DNA from: Hydrolagus affinis
Taxonomy: Eukaryota
Length of the DNA: 64,000 bases
Direction of reading: 5' to 3'
Assembly: GCA_012026655.1 (NCBI GenBank)
Contig: JAAILG010000398.1
Span: 1 to 64,000, forward strand
Part shown: positions 51,906 to 63,529 of the stretch, one piece after another
Position numbering within the stretch: position 1 is the first letter of the stretch
Layout of the letters: each line of letters starts with the position of its first letter
Made by a program: the position numbers and the translations under genes
The notes under the pieces: generated by a model
The model's input: the letters and a program-made list of their open reading frames with translations, nothing else
What the model was told of the DNA's origin: nothing
Databases searched by the model: none

Positions 51906-54900
51906 AATTCTATAGTTGGTTGTTTTTTCTAACAGTTGTTTTTTGGTCGGGCGTATGTCTCACACATCACATCACCATTCTTAAGAGTTTGCAACCCAGA
52001 CTGAGAGTTCCATATGTTTATGACCACCTATGTCCAGAAATTTCCCACTGAAATTTGGAATGCACTGAATTGGAATGCACTCTCTCTCTATCGAGGGACT
52101 CACTTTGCTTACTTCTGGTGTATTAAGCTTAAGTTGCTGAGAGCCAAGGCTTGGAAATTTCAGAAGTTCAGAAGTTCGACAAGCTATTGCTTTGCAATAT
52201 AATTAGAAAACATAACACTGTCCAGCAAGCTTGTCACTACTTACCCCCACAGGGCCAACCTACCCAGTATGGCTTTGCCCAGTATGGCATGCATGGTTAA
52301 TAGGAACTGAGTGGAAAGAACATCATCTTCAAGTGCCCCTCAAAATCCTGCCATTCAGCAAAGCTTGAAGGTCTGCCATCAGCAATATCTGTAATACTAT
52401 GGCTCAAAAACTGAACAACTAAGATGGCCATAGGGATATTGACTTGATTCCAGCATTCCATTATTAAGCAATATATTTCTAAAGTTACTATGAAAGCTTG
52501 TTTCTGCACATTCTGGGAAACACTTTTAAACACAGAATTTATTGTGTATAATACTTTCAAGGAATAGTCCAAATTGTTAGAAAGCACCTTACACCGTGAT
52601 CCGCAAGTGGGCGAAACTACCTAAAGTTTAAGTGGTTTTCATGTCACAAAGTGAATGATTTGTGTTTGGCAGCATGTAATTGTTTTCAGTTTGAGCAGGA
52701 AACTGAGTGAATTCAATTCATAAGTAAAGCTGATGATATTGGGATTCCGCAGAAAACAAACACATACTGTATCGTGAATGGGAATTTTCAGAGTCGAATA
52801 ATAATAAAAAAGATGTAAATAAAAAATGTATAATTCATAAGTTACTCAACCTGCTAAGGATGTTCAATTTTCTGCATTGTCAAAGATCTCGAATGTTTTT
52901 ACTGACTATAAATCTGATAGCGGATCAATTTTAAAGGAGCAGTTACAATTAATCAGTATGAAGAATTTGGATCGCTCGATATAAAGTGTTTAGATCAATT
53001 CTATTTTGAGACCTAACCCTGCATAGAAAGACGTTTCTTCAAGTTCCACAAGCGAAATGCAGAATCAAACTTAATATCAAAATATCCTTTATGAAAAGTT
53101 ATTACAATCAGATGAATGACTCCAAATATCCTGTTTCAAGTAGGTTCCCATGGCTGACTATCATCTCTCTTTTGCAATACAGTGAACTCATCCAATCAAA
53201 TGTTTGACCTTTCTTTCCTTCTCCATAAATTAATCATTGTAATTTGTACAAAGCAGATTTCTTCAGAGAGTAGGTGTCAGATTTTTATGTTTTAGTCAAT
53301 ATATTTAGCTTTTGATTATTCCATAAATTAAATTTACCAAGCTTGCTCAGGTAAACTAATGAAGGTACTTAATAACACCGTAGATGAAATACTTTAAAAA
53401 TGTTAAAAGTTTTATTGAGAAGAATTTTGCAAAAAGAGACTGAAATTGTTTTATTAACATTAAAGTATACAGAATAAGGAATTTCATTACTAATATCTGA
53501 TGTCTCTCTTGCACAATTTGTTGGAGTCTGACTAGAGTTATGACATATCTGTCTGTGAAAATGTCCTTATCGTCCTCCTAAAAAAATGCCATTATGATAA
53601 AGACATATTAATCTAATACTGAAGCCCAATGACAAATCACCGTGGAAGCTGCCACTGAGTATCAAAGCTGTCAGCATCTAAAAGACAAATGATTTACTGT
53701 AATGGATTCTAGGCACGATCAGATTAAATTATCAAAGGTAATGTGGAGAAGCAAAATACGTACTTAAAAATATAGGCTATGCTTTGCTTTTACAAAGTTG
53801 GAATTCTTGATTAATCAACATAATGTAAAACTAAATCTTCCAAAGTGGTTAAGTAGGAGAACATATTGGTTTGTTAGCTTGATTCTCAAATATATTTTTT
53901 CTTTTTTTCTTTTATGCATTTCGCAAGTGTTTATTTTCAATCCCAAATTGTGTGATTGAATGCTGTATTGAATTTCCAATGTTAAACCAATAATCTACTA
54001 CATGTGGATTGCTGCTGTGTATTTAGTTTTTTTTGTGTAGGTTAAAGGCTGATGGAAAGATTGTTTTCTCCAGACTCCAAAAGCAACTTAAGCGTGTCTA
54101 CCATCCTGTGGGAACCCTCTTAACTGGAAGCTACTCCCGACGGAGAGGGGGCAAAAGCCTATCCTTTCAGTCAAATGTTTCATCACTAATTCAATATACA
54201 ATTTAATTTAAACTAACATGTTTGAATTTTCCAGGGCATTCATCCTGAGGAAGCTATTTTCTTTTCTTGTAAATAGTAGAGCTTTTAAATGCAGAGAATT
54301 AGTCGCAGGCTATAGGTAGTACAGATCCTTCCACTGTTGACATCTCAGATCATTGCTTTCAAAATCGGTATTGTAAGCTCTGATGCAAATGTATTTGAGA
54401 TCTTCTGCAAGGATATTACTGAGCAATGCATTGTGGAAGAATCTGCAATGTGGTTTAAAGTTTTTTAATAAATGAGCCAAGTCCAGTCATTACTTTGTGC
54501 TTCAGGGAAAAAAAACAATATTCAAACCAATTTCTAAAGCTCCACACTCATGTACCACATTATCTGCTCCTCCAAAGCCGTTTTTCTTGGAAATTCAAAC
54601 ACATGAATTTATCAAAGGAAAATCATGTGATGATCATCATTTGAATAACAATAACTGAATACATTAGAGCAATTACAAGTCATTAAAAAGTCAAACAACT
54701 CCACCAAAGCACTCTAATTTTTTTTATAATTGTAAGCTTATGCAAAAACTTTGTGGTGAGTGGAGCGTTGCTCACAATCTTGCTTAAATTGCCTGAATAT
54801 AATTCAGTGTTTTGTGAAAGTAGGGAAGTGACTCATGAGTACCAATAATCCATTTGAAGTTTGCAACAAAGTCTTTTAGCATAATTAACAAATGTGACGA

Positions 54901-56071
54901 ATAAAATACAACATTATTTATCATATTGTAGTGTGCTTCTGTCATGCCTTTGTTCTAAATTATAACCTTATTTCCAGATGATACTGGATGTAATGCGCTT
55001 ACATTAGCCACCAGTGTGTTCTGGAAATTATGGAACTATTTTTCATGTGTCATAAAACATGCGCCATGGATAGGATATGCTATATCAAATTACTTATTGC
55101 TCATCAATCATGTAGGTAGTAAACTTATGAAGATAGTTATCAATCAAACTGGTGACCATGGTACATCTTCTTATGGTGTAGAGTCTCAATGAAGATGTAT
55201 TTGTGTGGTCGCTCTTGTTAGTAATCTTTATTTAAATATTTAACCACTCATTTAAGATGACCATAGGCACGGTTGAAGAGGTAAGTCTTTAGGTGGGTTT
55301 TGAATGAACTGAGATAATAGTCATCCAAGTGATATGACAAAAGTGTGGAGGCCCTAAAAAACCTATGTGAATTCCCATTTCCTATGTTTCAGGTTTCAAA
55401 ATGACTGATCATGCATATATTAACATAATAACGACAGATTTCAGAACTATTTACTGCTGCTGAGTTGTGTGCACTGGCAACTGGCCCAAAATTCGGATCT
55501 TTATCTGCTGCCAGGCATGCTATACTTCATCCCATTATTCTGGACCGGAATCAAACTCAAATCTTTGAGTACATTAGGAATAGTGTATGATCTTTTTGAT
55601 GTCCTGAAGAGCAGATAATGGATTTTAATGCACAAAGATGAGACATTTGACTGCTTCTGGTAATGATTTTTTTCTTAACAGTACTCCTGGGTTACGTAAA
55701 ACGAAAAAGGGAGAAATTCTCTATACTAATGCCAATAAAACACAAGTACTTGATGAGAGTTTGAAGGACATGGGTCATCCATCTTTACAGTATATCTTTA
55801 GAAACATACAGAACTTTTGATTGCCTCTAACTGACACTTTTGAAATGTTGTTAAATCCAAACTGACATATACACAGGAGTGTCAATAATTAAAGGCAGGA
55901 TCGTTGAAGTCTATCTTAATGACAATGAAACATATTTGAAGGCAATGGTTGCTTTCAAATACAAATAATACACTTCCTTGAACTCCTTATTACTTTGGTT
56001 ATTACTGATTAACAGAACATTGTTTAATTGGTGGTAGCAGTTCAATAATTTTACAACAATTTATTTAGTGA

Positions 56072-56243
56072 TTTTTTAAAAATAATATACATTTATTTAT
56101 AAATACTGTACAATATTTGGTATAGCAGAAATCCCAAACAAACACAAAGAACAATATCTTCTTTTCCATTTTCTCCTTTCTCTCGATACAAAAACATTCC
56201 GTTGTTTATGGTACATTTCTCCCACGCACACAGACTGTGCGCA
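56072..56243 (-). mobile_element. Possible second L1/Tx1 3' end, heavily truncated
   Basis: T-run, AT spacer and tttatt (AATAAA on minus), arranged like the end at 56263-56292. Confidence 0.4.
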
Positions 56244-56262
56244 CGTTTCAGCTACGTGGAGC

Positions 56263-57185
56263 TTTTTTTTAATATAAAATATATATTTATTTTAAAACAT
56301 ATATATTTTCTTCCCCGTGACAACACAAGCCAAAAAACAGAAAAATCCCCACCATCTAAACATATGCAACGGCCTTGTCTTTATCCTCTCGCAAAAAAAA
56401 CCCTCCGTCAAAACAAAAATTTCCATCAGCTTTGTGGAAACACAATTCTATTCTCGTTACACACATAGATGCCTATTATTCAATTTCCAGCATCAGGGCC
56501 TCCTCGATTCTCTACCCTGCTGCCTTTATTTACAGGGAGCAGTTACAAACAGGCTAATCCCAGCTCTGCCATCCTTCACTTACCAGATGGCAGGCTAAAC
56601 AAACCCCCCACTCTCTGATGCTCCCCCCTTTATGGGGAGAGACTTTCCCCCAAAACCCACAAAAGACTTTTCGGAACGCTCTTTGTTACAGGTTGAGCGT
56701 CCCTTTCCAAATGCTGAGCATAGGTACCCTTCCTCTTTGCGCGTTGCCCTGTGGCAGTACCCTACTCCCACTTCAGAGTTTCTCTGGCCGGGGTCAGTCC
56801 CCATCTGTCCTTGGCCTCGGCCGAGCCTAACTCTAGCGCATCTTTGGTGGCGTACTCCCTGATTCTTGCCATCACCAGTCTGTAGCAGGCCTTCATCGAC
56901 CTATCTCCATGCCTGAAGACCTCCCGGTTCCGGAAAACCCAAAGGCTTTCCTTTACCGCATTGATGACCCTCCAGGCGCATTGGATGTCAGTCTCCTTGT
57001 GTGTCCCTGGGACGAGTCCGTACAGCACAGGGTGCTGTGACTGCGGGACTCCTGGGATAAAGCGTGATAGTAGCCACTCCGTCCTTTTCCGCACCTCCTT
57101 TGCGTAGGTGCAATGTAGGAACAGGCGTTCCTCATTCTCCTTGCCTCCGCAACCTTCCCGAGGGCAGCATTCAGACTCTCTGATT
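56263..57185 (-). mobile_element. 5'-truncated L1-clade (Tx1-like) LINE: ORF2 C-terminus (stop at 56762), 3' UTR, poly(A)
   Basis: CPREGCGGKENEERLFLHC..AKEV (CCHC knuckle, H replaced by R) and AWRVINAVKESLWVFRNREVF. AATAAA then A8 at 56263-56270 on minus. Flanked by cgtttcagctacgtggagc (56244-56262) and cgttcagctacgttgagc (57186-57203). Confidence 0.9.
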
Positions 57186-57555
57186 CGTTCAGCTACGTTG
57201 AGCAATCTGAATGTACTATACCTACAAATGTGGAATTATGAACCAGACATTTTACTACAGTGGATCTATACTTTTACCTCTTACCTCTCCCTTTGCACAG
57301 ATAACTTTGTAAATTTCCTTCTCAACATTATTCCCTTTGAATACCAATCTGGCTGTTCATTACCAAAGCCTGTTACTTGGAGCCTTTTTTTCGACAGGCA
57401 ATAACTCTTCCCTTCAGCTCTTTCAGCAGCCGCTTTGGTGAATAAATAACAACTAACCTCAGGAAATTAGAATAAATTGCCCATTTAGAAGCATTCCATT
57501 GAGCATCATACATATTGGCATAAGCATTACTCCTACCTGTATGGATTTTACAAAG

Positions 57556-57642
57556 CCAATTTGCCCACCATATCCAGGTTCCTGAAGGACCAGGAGTGGT
57601 GGAATGTACGTCTACTATCCAGTATCCTTGACAGGGAAACCT
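57556..57642 (+). repeat. 87-bp direct repeat, copy A
   Basis: 80/87 identical to 58321-58407, with no gaps. Confidence 0.95.
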
Positions 57643-58320
57643 AACGATTAGGTTTAACATCCTTGCTGTACCCTTGCAACAAGTTTGCTCTGCAACTGGT
57701 CATCTTAGAATTGACCTGGGTGTCCTGAATGCTGGATCTTACGTTTAACATGGGAATGCTGAATGTTGGGATTGAGTTCCTGAAACGGGAAAGTGTTCCC
57801 AATTCGAACCACTGCACATCCTCATCTTGACTTGCACGGAAGCAAAAAGAAGAAAAAATATTCTGTTTAACTAATTTCAAATGATTGATTTTAGTAGATT
57901 CACATACAAATGCGCGATCCTTAACTGCACTTGAGATGCACTGACTGGGACGAGTGAGTTACTGCTCGCAGCCTCACAGCAATATGGGAAATATTGTCTG
58001 TCATAAACTCCCTGCTGGATCAATGATGCACAGGCAAAATTGATTCACCTTGACATCATGGCTGATTTTTCCAGTTGATTGTCAACCATGTAATTTGAGT
58101 ATTTGGGAAAATGTTCCTGCTTGCTTGCTGCAAGGCCAAAATATATATTCTACATTGGCAGGCACATTAAAATCCCTCAGACAAAAGCTGACATTGTGGA
58201 TTCCCCCACATTTTAACATAGTGCAGGTAATGATATATGGAAAATGTACTAAAATGATCCTTCACATGTAAATATAACTATACGTGTAGACATACTGTAC
58301 TTTAAGTCACTCAAATTTGC

Positions 58321-58407
58321 CCAATTTGCCCACCATATCCAGGTTCCCAAAGGACCAGGAATGGTAGAATCTACTTCTACTATCCAGTATCCTTGACAGG
58401 AAAACCT
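58321..58407 (+). repeat. 87-bp direct repeat, copy B
   Basis: 80/87 identical to 57556-57642, with no gaps. Confidence 0.95.
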
Positions 58408-58875
58408 GTCAAGGTTTCCTCAACAGATAAGCTGCAGTTCATTTCTCCCAGAGAGCAGAGGACATATTCTGTAGAGCTATATATGTAGCTGTAGAGCTAT
58501 GTCTTCAATTGTAAACTTAGCATTTTATTATTCTCCAGGTAGTAATTCCTTTCGATTGCACTCTTATTTGATGACACTGAGTCTGAACACATGTCAACTT
58601 CTGTCCATTTGTGCCCTAAAATCTGCCTTATTTAGAGCTTTGTTAACAAAAGCATCGACTTTGTAGTTTCTTGCATGCAACTAAGGCACAAAAAAGAGAG
58701 GTGTCTATCTGTACAAAAGCTAATGGTAACTTTAGAATGATATTCACATTTTTCATATCAATGGCCAATAACTGAATTAACTATTTATAATAGTTGTGTG
58801 ACAGACATGTGACAATAGTAATATTTATTATTGAGTTAATATTGGTAAATTTAATGTTCAATGTTTCAAAAGGAT

Positions 58876-58990
58876 GATAATAATAATCCTTGCATTTGAT
58901 ATAGTGCTTTTCATGTCTTCTAGATGTCTCAAAGCGCTTCACAGAATATACTGTAAAGTGAATTGACTGAATATACTGTAAAGTGAAATT
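58876..58990 (-). mobile_element. SINE 3' tail with internal tandem duplication
   Basis: Standard tail; gaatatactgtaaagtgaa occurs twice, 25 bp apart. Confidence 0.9.
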
Positions 58991-59964
58991 GGCTGGACAA
59001 AATCCAGCCAATTTCACCCTGTCTGGCTTCAAACCAGTCACCTCAAGAGACAGAGCGTGCTATAACATATAACAATAACAAGTCTGTACTTGCAACAATC
59101 TCATCAAATTGAAATAAAAAGCAATTAAACTTAAATTAGTCATTCATTCTTAATTGTTGTTTGTAAATATGTGAGTGAGTCATCACCTATCTAATTTCCT
59201 TATTGATTAAGGTGAAAAATTAAATTATTGCCACTCGTGGTGGCATGAAAGTTGATGAAGATCCAGCACACTACTGCACAAAGCAATTGTTTGCTGTTTT
59301 ATGGAGCTGTGGCAGCAACAGTTTACATTTGTATGCATGTCTTGCCTGCTTAGCCAATGCCATAATGTCTGCTCAGGAGGCAAAATGTCAAATAAAGGAA
59401 CACCCAAGTGCAGTTTTTGTTTAAATTTTCCATTTTAAAATGAAGAGAAACCAAAATAGCTAAGATGCCATTCTGAATTCCTGTCCTATTGATAGATTAT
59501 TTATACAGCATACACTGATGCCTCACTCCAATCTCCTCCTCAGTGGTAGATATGCAATTTTACACCAGTAATAGGAGGAGAATCAAACTGATTTTCAGGA
59601 CCTTTTGACACAAAGTTTTGTTTATAGCCTACCTAATGCCACTAAATATGTGTAGAAAATTCATGCCCCAAGGATTGCTGAGACTATTGCTTTTAAAGGA
59701 GTTTTAATGGGAGGTAGATGGATAGTAGATATGGGGTTGAGATTAAAAGGATTTGCTGGCATGGGGTCAAGGCAATCAGAACTTTATGGTCTAGAAATTT
59801 GAAGGGGATAAAATGTGACAATCATGTCCTTCAGCCTAGAAGAGTAGACTGTAAACAAAGTGCAATTTGGATAAAGTGACTTGAACTCAATATTGTTCGG
59901 CAGAGATTCATACTCAAATCATCTGTTGCTTCTCCAGAATGTGTAACATGGTAAGAAATAAGAT

Positions 59965-60032
59965 CAACAACAACAACAACAAATTACATTTATACAGCGC
60001 CTTTCACGTCGGGAGGACGTCCCAAGGCGCTG
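59965..60032 (-). mobile_element. Ultra-short L2 3' tail, best-preserved copy
   Basis: (caa)n-attacatttatacagcgcctttcacgtcgggaggacgtcccaaggcgctg, with CpGs intact. Confidence 0.92.
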
Positions 60033-62059
60033 GATCAAATACAAACAAAATAACAAACTCCCAATACCCAGGGCTAACTCAAGCACCCCATGAAATAATT
60101 CAACACTCACTTCAACAGTGGTAGAAGAAATTAGAATAAGCAACAGGTGCTCCTTGGAGCCAAAGGTAATTACAAACTTATAATGATGAATCAGCCTCAG
60201 TTTTCATCAATTGCCAAATTTTATTTCCATTAATGACAGTGAGTGCTTATTTATAATTCCAGTACTGTTCATGAGTAAGATAAATGTGAGCATTATGAGA
60301 TGTTTACGAATTCGGCCTTTCTGAGACAGCATTGAGTTAAAAAAGGAGGACTTTTTTGGTTGTTTGCATTTGTTACTAAGTTGCTTAATTAATATTCCCT
60401 CTGAGCTGTTCACTGTTACATACCGGTAGGTTCTGTGCAGTTTCTTGCAGCACCTACATTTTTCAGTTTGTAAATACCTGTAATTTGTTAATGTGAATAA
60501 GAGGTAACATTGTGAATAATTTTCACCATTCAAAAGGATTAGAATTTACAATGCCAGCCAGGCAAGTCGTGGCATGTGTGCACATCGAAAGATTGTAATT
60601 AATGCTGCCCTGTGAGCAACATTTCAACAAAATTCTGCAAAAGAACTTCTTAAAAATAGCTAGTTGATTTTATTGACATATCTGTGATATGTCCGGAGCA
60701 TCTGGAATCACAATTAACTCTAAAAACAATATAAATGCGGGGCACAGGTACAGTAGAACTTGTAAGCTGCTGATCTAAGGTAGAAACATGTACAAATTCA
60801 AACAGATATTGGAAGGATAATATGAGATTCCACAAATGCTATGTGCTACAAATGGAGCATTTTTTAGCCCTGCACTCACACTATTGAAATGACAGAGCAT
60901 TAAATATGTACTCTTTCCATTTTGTAAGGCTCAGCGGTCTTCTTACTGGAAAAGCTGTTCGACCATTGAAGAAGCTAATACTCAAACAGCATTAATACCA
61001 GAATAGTCTCTCTGATAGAAAATACTTGGTGGAGCTTTATGGCCATTTAGCAAAAAGGATAAATAAAACTTCCATTCAGTTAGCTTTTATGAGCTGCAGT
61101 GAAACAAATACTTCAGCTTAGGTTTACTTTTCTAAGTAGATTCTAACTGATGTCTTGGGGTTTAAATATTTTATGGTCGGTATTAAATACTGGTCTGCGG
61201 ACATATCCCATTGGACTTAAACAGCAACTATTGGGGTATATAAAGTAATTTACTCCAAGTAATGAGTTCTATTGTTGCTGCATAGAGGCTATTATTGAAC
61301 TGGAGAATGCTGTGGGCTGCTGCTTGATGTGAGATAAAGAATAGCATGAAGGAGATGTGAGACTTCTATTTTTCTTGTATATTGGTGATAAAACATTAAT
61401 ACAATCCTATCTTGCGATCAGCACTGGATTCTGGAGCGTCCGAGCTCCAGTGCAGCAATTCTCAAAGCAAATTAATTCATTTCGCTTGAATTATCAACAC
61501 AACAAAATATCCATGGCACTCTATATTAGGACGCCACAGATAATTAAGATGAAACAAAGTTTGGGGATATAATTACACTCGAACAAAAAAAAGTCTGAAT
61601 ATTGTATTGGATAAAATCCAATTGTCAAGCAAATAACCGGATGAAAAGGAAGTAATGCTGAAAAGTCAAGCATGTTTTTAGCAGAATAACAAGTGGCAGA
61701 TGGCAGTGATTGGTTCAGATATTAGTCTCTTATAGCAGCTGGGCTCTCCCAACAACATGTAGTGACCACTGGATTCACTAGCATATTGGTAGTGTCTTCC
61801 TTGTGATGGTTGAGCCTGTGGAATTATTTATAGATTTTCTTCATTGATCAGAGGATTTGTAGTTCAATCCAAGAGGTATCTCATTTTATATCACTGGTAA
61901 AGCCAATGAAATAACAGACGAGTGACGATCCCAGGTGGACTACAAATGATCACCTTACAATAGTCTATAAATAGCGAAAACAACCACTCAGTGCGAATAC
62001 ACGAAGCCTCGAAATAATCAATGTATTTATACCATGCGCTATTTTAATTCATGATTACT

Positions 62060-62152
62060 TAATAATACCTGCCTATGAAACAGTGCCTTTCAGGTCAAAA
62101 GGACATCTCATAGGGCTTCACAGGATATACTGTAAAGTGAAGTGACTGTATT
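62060..62152 (-). mobile_element. SINE 3' tail fragment
   Basis: gacatctcatagggcttcacaggatatactgtaaagtgaagtgactgtat. Confidence 0.75.
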
Positions 62153-62224
62153 TGAACGCTTAATGAGTTAAACAGGAGTTTCATTGTCTAATGTCTAAAT
62201 GTAATGAATGTATGGAATTATTTA

Positions 62225-62412
62225 CTGTTGATGCTCAGTCCTTGAACATATTCAAGCCTGAGATAGATAGATTTCTCATTTATAAAGGGGTTAAGGGGTA
62301 TGGGGATAAGGCAGGTAGCTGGAGTTAGAATGGGAATATCAGCCATGATTGAATGGCGGGGCAGGCTCGAAGGGCCGAATGGCTTACTCCTTCTCCTACT
62401 CCTATGTTCTTA
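62225..62412 (+). mobile_element. CR1 3' end
   Basis: AQSLNIFKPEIDRFL followed by UTR atcagccatgattgaatggcggggcaggctcgaagggccgaatggc...cctatgttctta. Confidence 0.92.
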
Positions 62413-63529
62413 ATAGGTGGATTCGTTCCCAGAAAGAAATAAGAGTAAAACAAGATGAAGTTTGATTTGCGATTTTCATGAAGGAACGTGACAGAATAGA
62501 GGACGGTTGACTTTGTACGGTTCTGCTGTGCGATTTGGTGAAGGATCAGCGATTGTCTGCAGAGTGCAAGATGTGAGTTGCACTGTCAGTCTGTCAAAGA
62601 TGTTCTGTTTCTTAAAAGTAAGTGATGTATGCCCACGTCTACAAAATTATTTGAAGTCCACTAAAGATTGGCATGCTGGAGATGTGCCGGCTAGGGTGCC
62701 TTTCTGCTGTCTAGCAGACTGAGTGATCAGTGTTTGATTCCTTGGCAGTCTTAGAGGGGTTAGGCGAGTCTATGAGAGAAGGTATAGGAAACCTGTGTTC
62801 TTTAGATCAGAATTTACCTTCATGAATATGTCAGCTTTGGGTTAAGCGAGCGATCATCAGTTAAAGCCAAATCTAAAAAAAAAAAACTATTTATACCCTG
62901 CCATCACTGGTAAAGAAAGAAATATGAATAAATGCGTTCGTTTTAGGTTTGCGTAATTTGGGTCGCAGTACATTTTGGATTTAAGTCTACATACTGATTG
63001 GCTCCCATTCCTGATTGAAGTGATACATTACATTCCAGCTAACTAGCTAACAAGACAGGAATTTTCTTACCCTTTTCCTCTATTCCCCGTTCCCCCTTAT
63101 GTATGTTATATATGCTCTTAAAAAGTCATATAAAAATATATATCCAAACAATAGTTATGATGTACATTTTAGATCCATATAAAAACATAAAACCACCATG
63201 AGCAAACATTTTTCACACCCATTTCAATCAATACTACACAATGATCATTTAGACAACCTTGACAAGCCAAATTAATCTGAAGTCAAAGCACTGTTACACA
63301 ATCAGGTAATCATAGTGATTCTTTTCATGATGCTGGTAATTTTAGAATCAATGGTCTACTAAAAATAGCAGGTTATTACATTTCACAATTAATTTTGCAA
63401 TGAATGTTGTACAGAGAGTGTAACATATCCATGTCAAAGATCAAGTGGAAATGCAATGGTATCACTACAAAATCACAGAACTCTGTAATCTCCCGAGTAT
63501 CTACATGTAACTGTGATGTAACCTATAGT

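Noticed and set aside
55255-55305. Perfect donor AG|GTAAGT near 55281
   Set aside because: Lies in an antisense L2 remnant (gcacggttgaagaggtaagtctttaggtgggttttgaa, compare 34540-34577).
57574-57594. Resemblance of caggttcctgaaggaccag to the SRP RNA helix 8 motif
   Set aside because: No GNRA loop or AGCA motif and no other 7SL similarity.
57641-57880. 79-aa minus-strand ORF between the direct repeats
   Set aside because: No recognisable homology or clear splice context; the length is within chance range.
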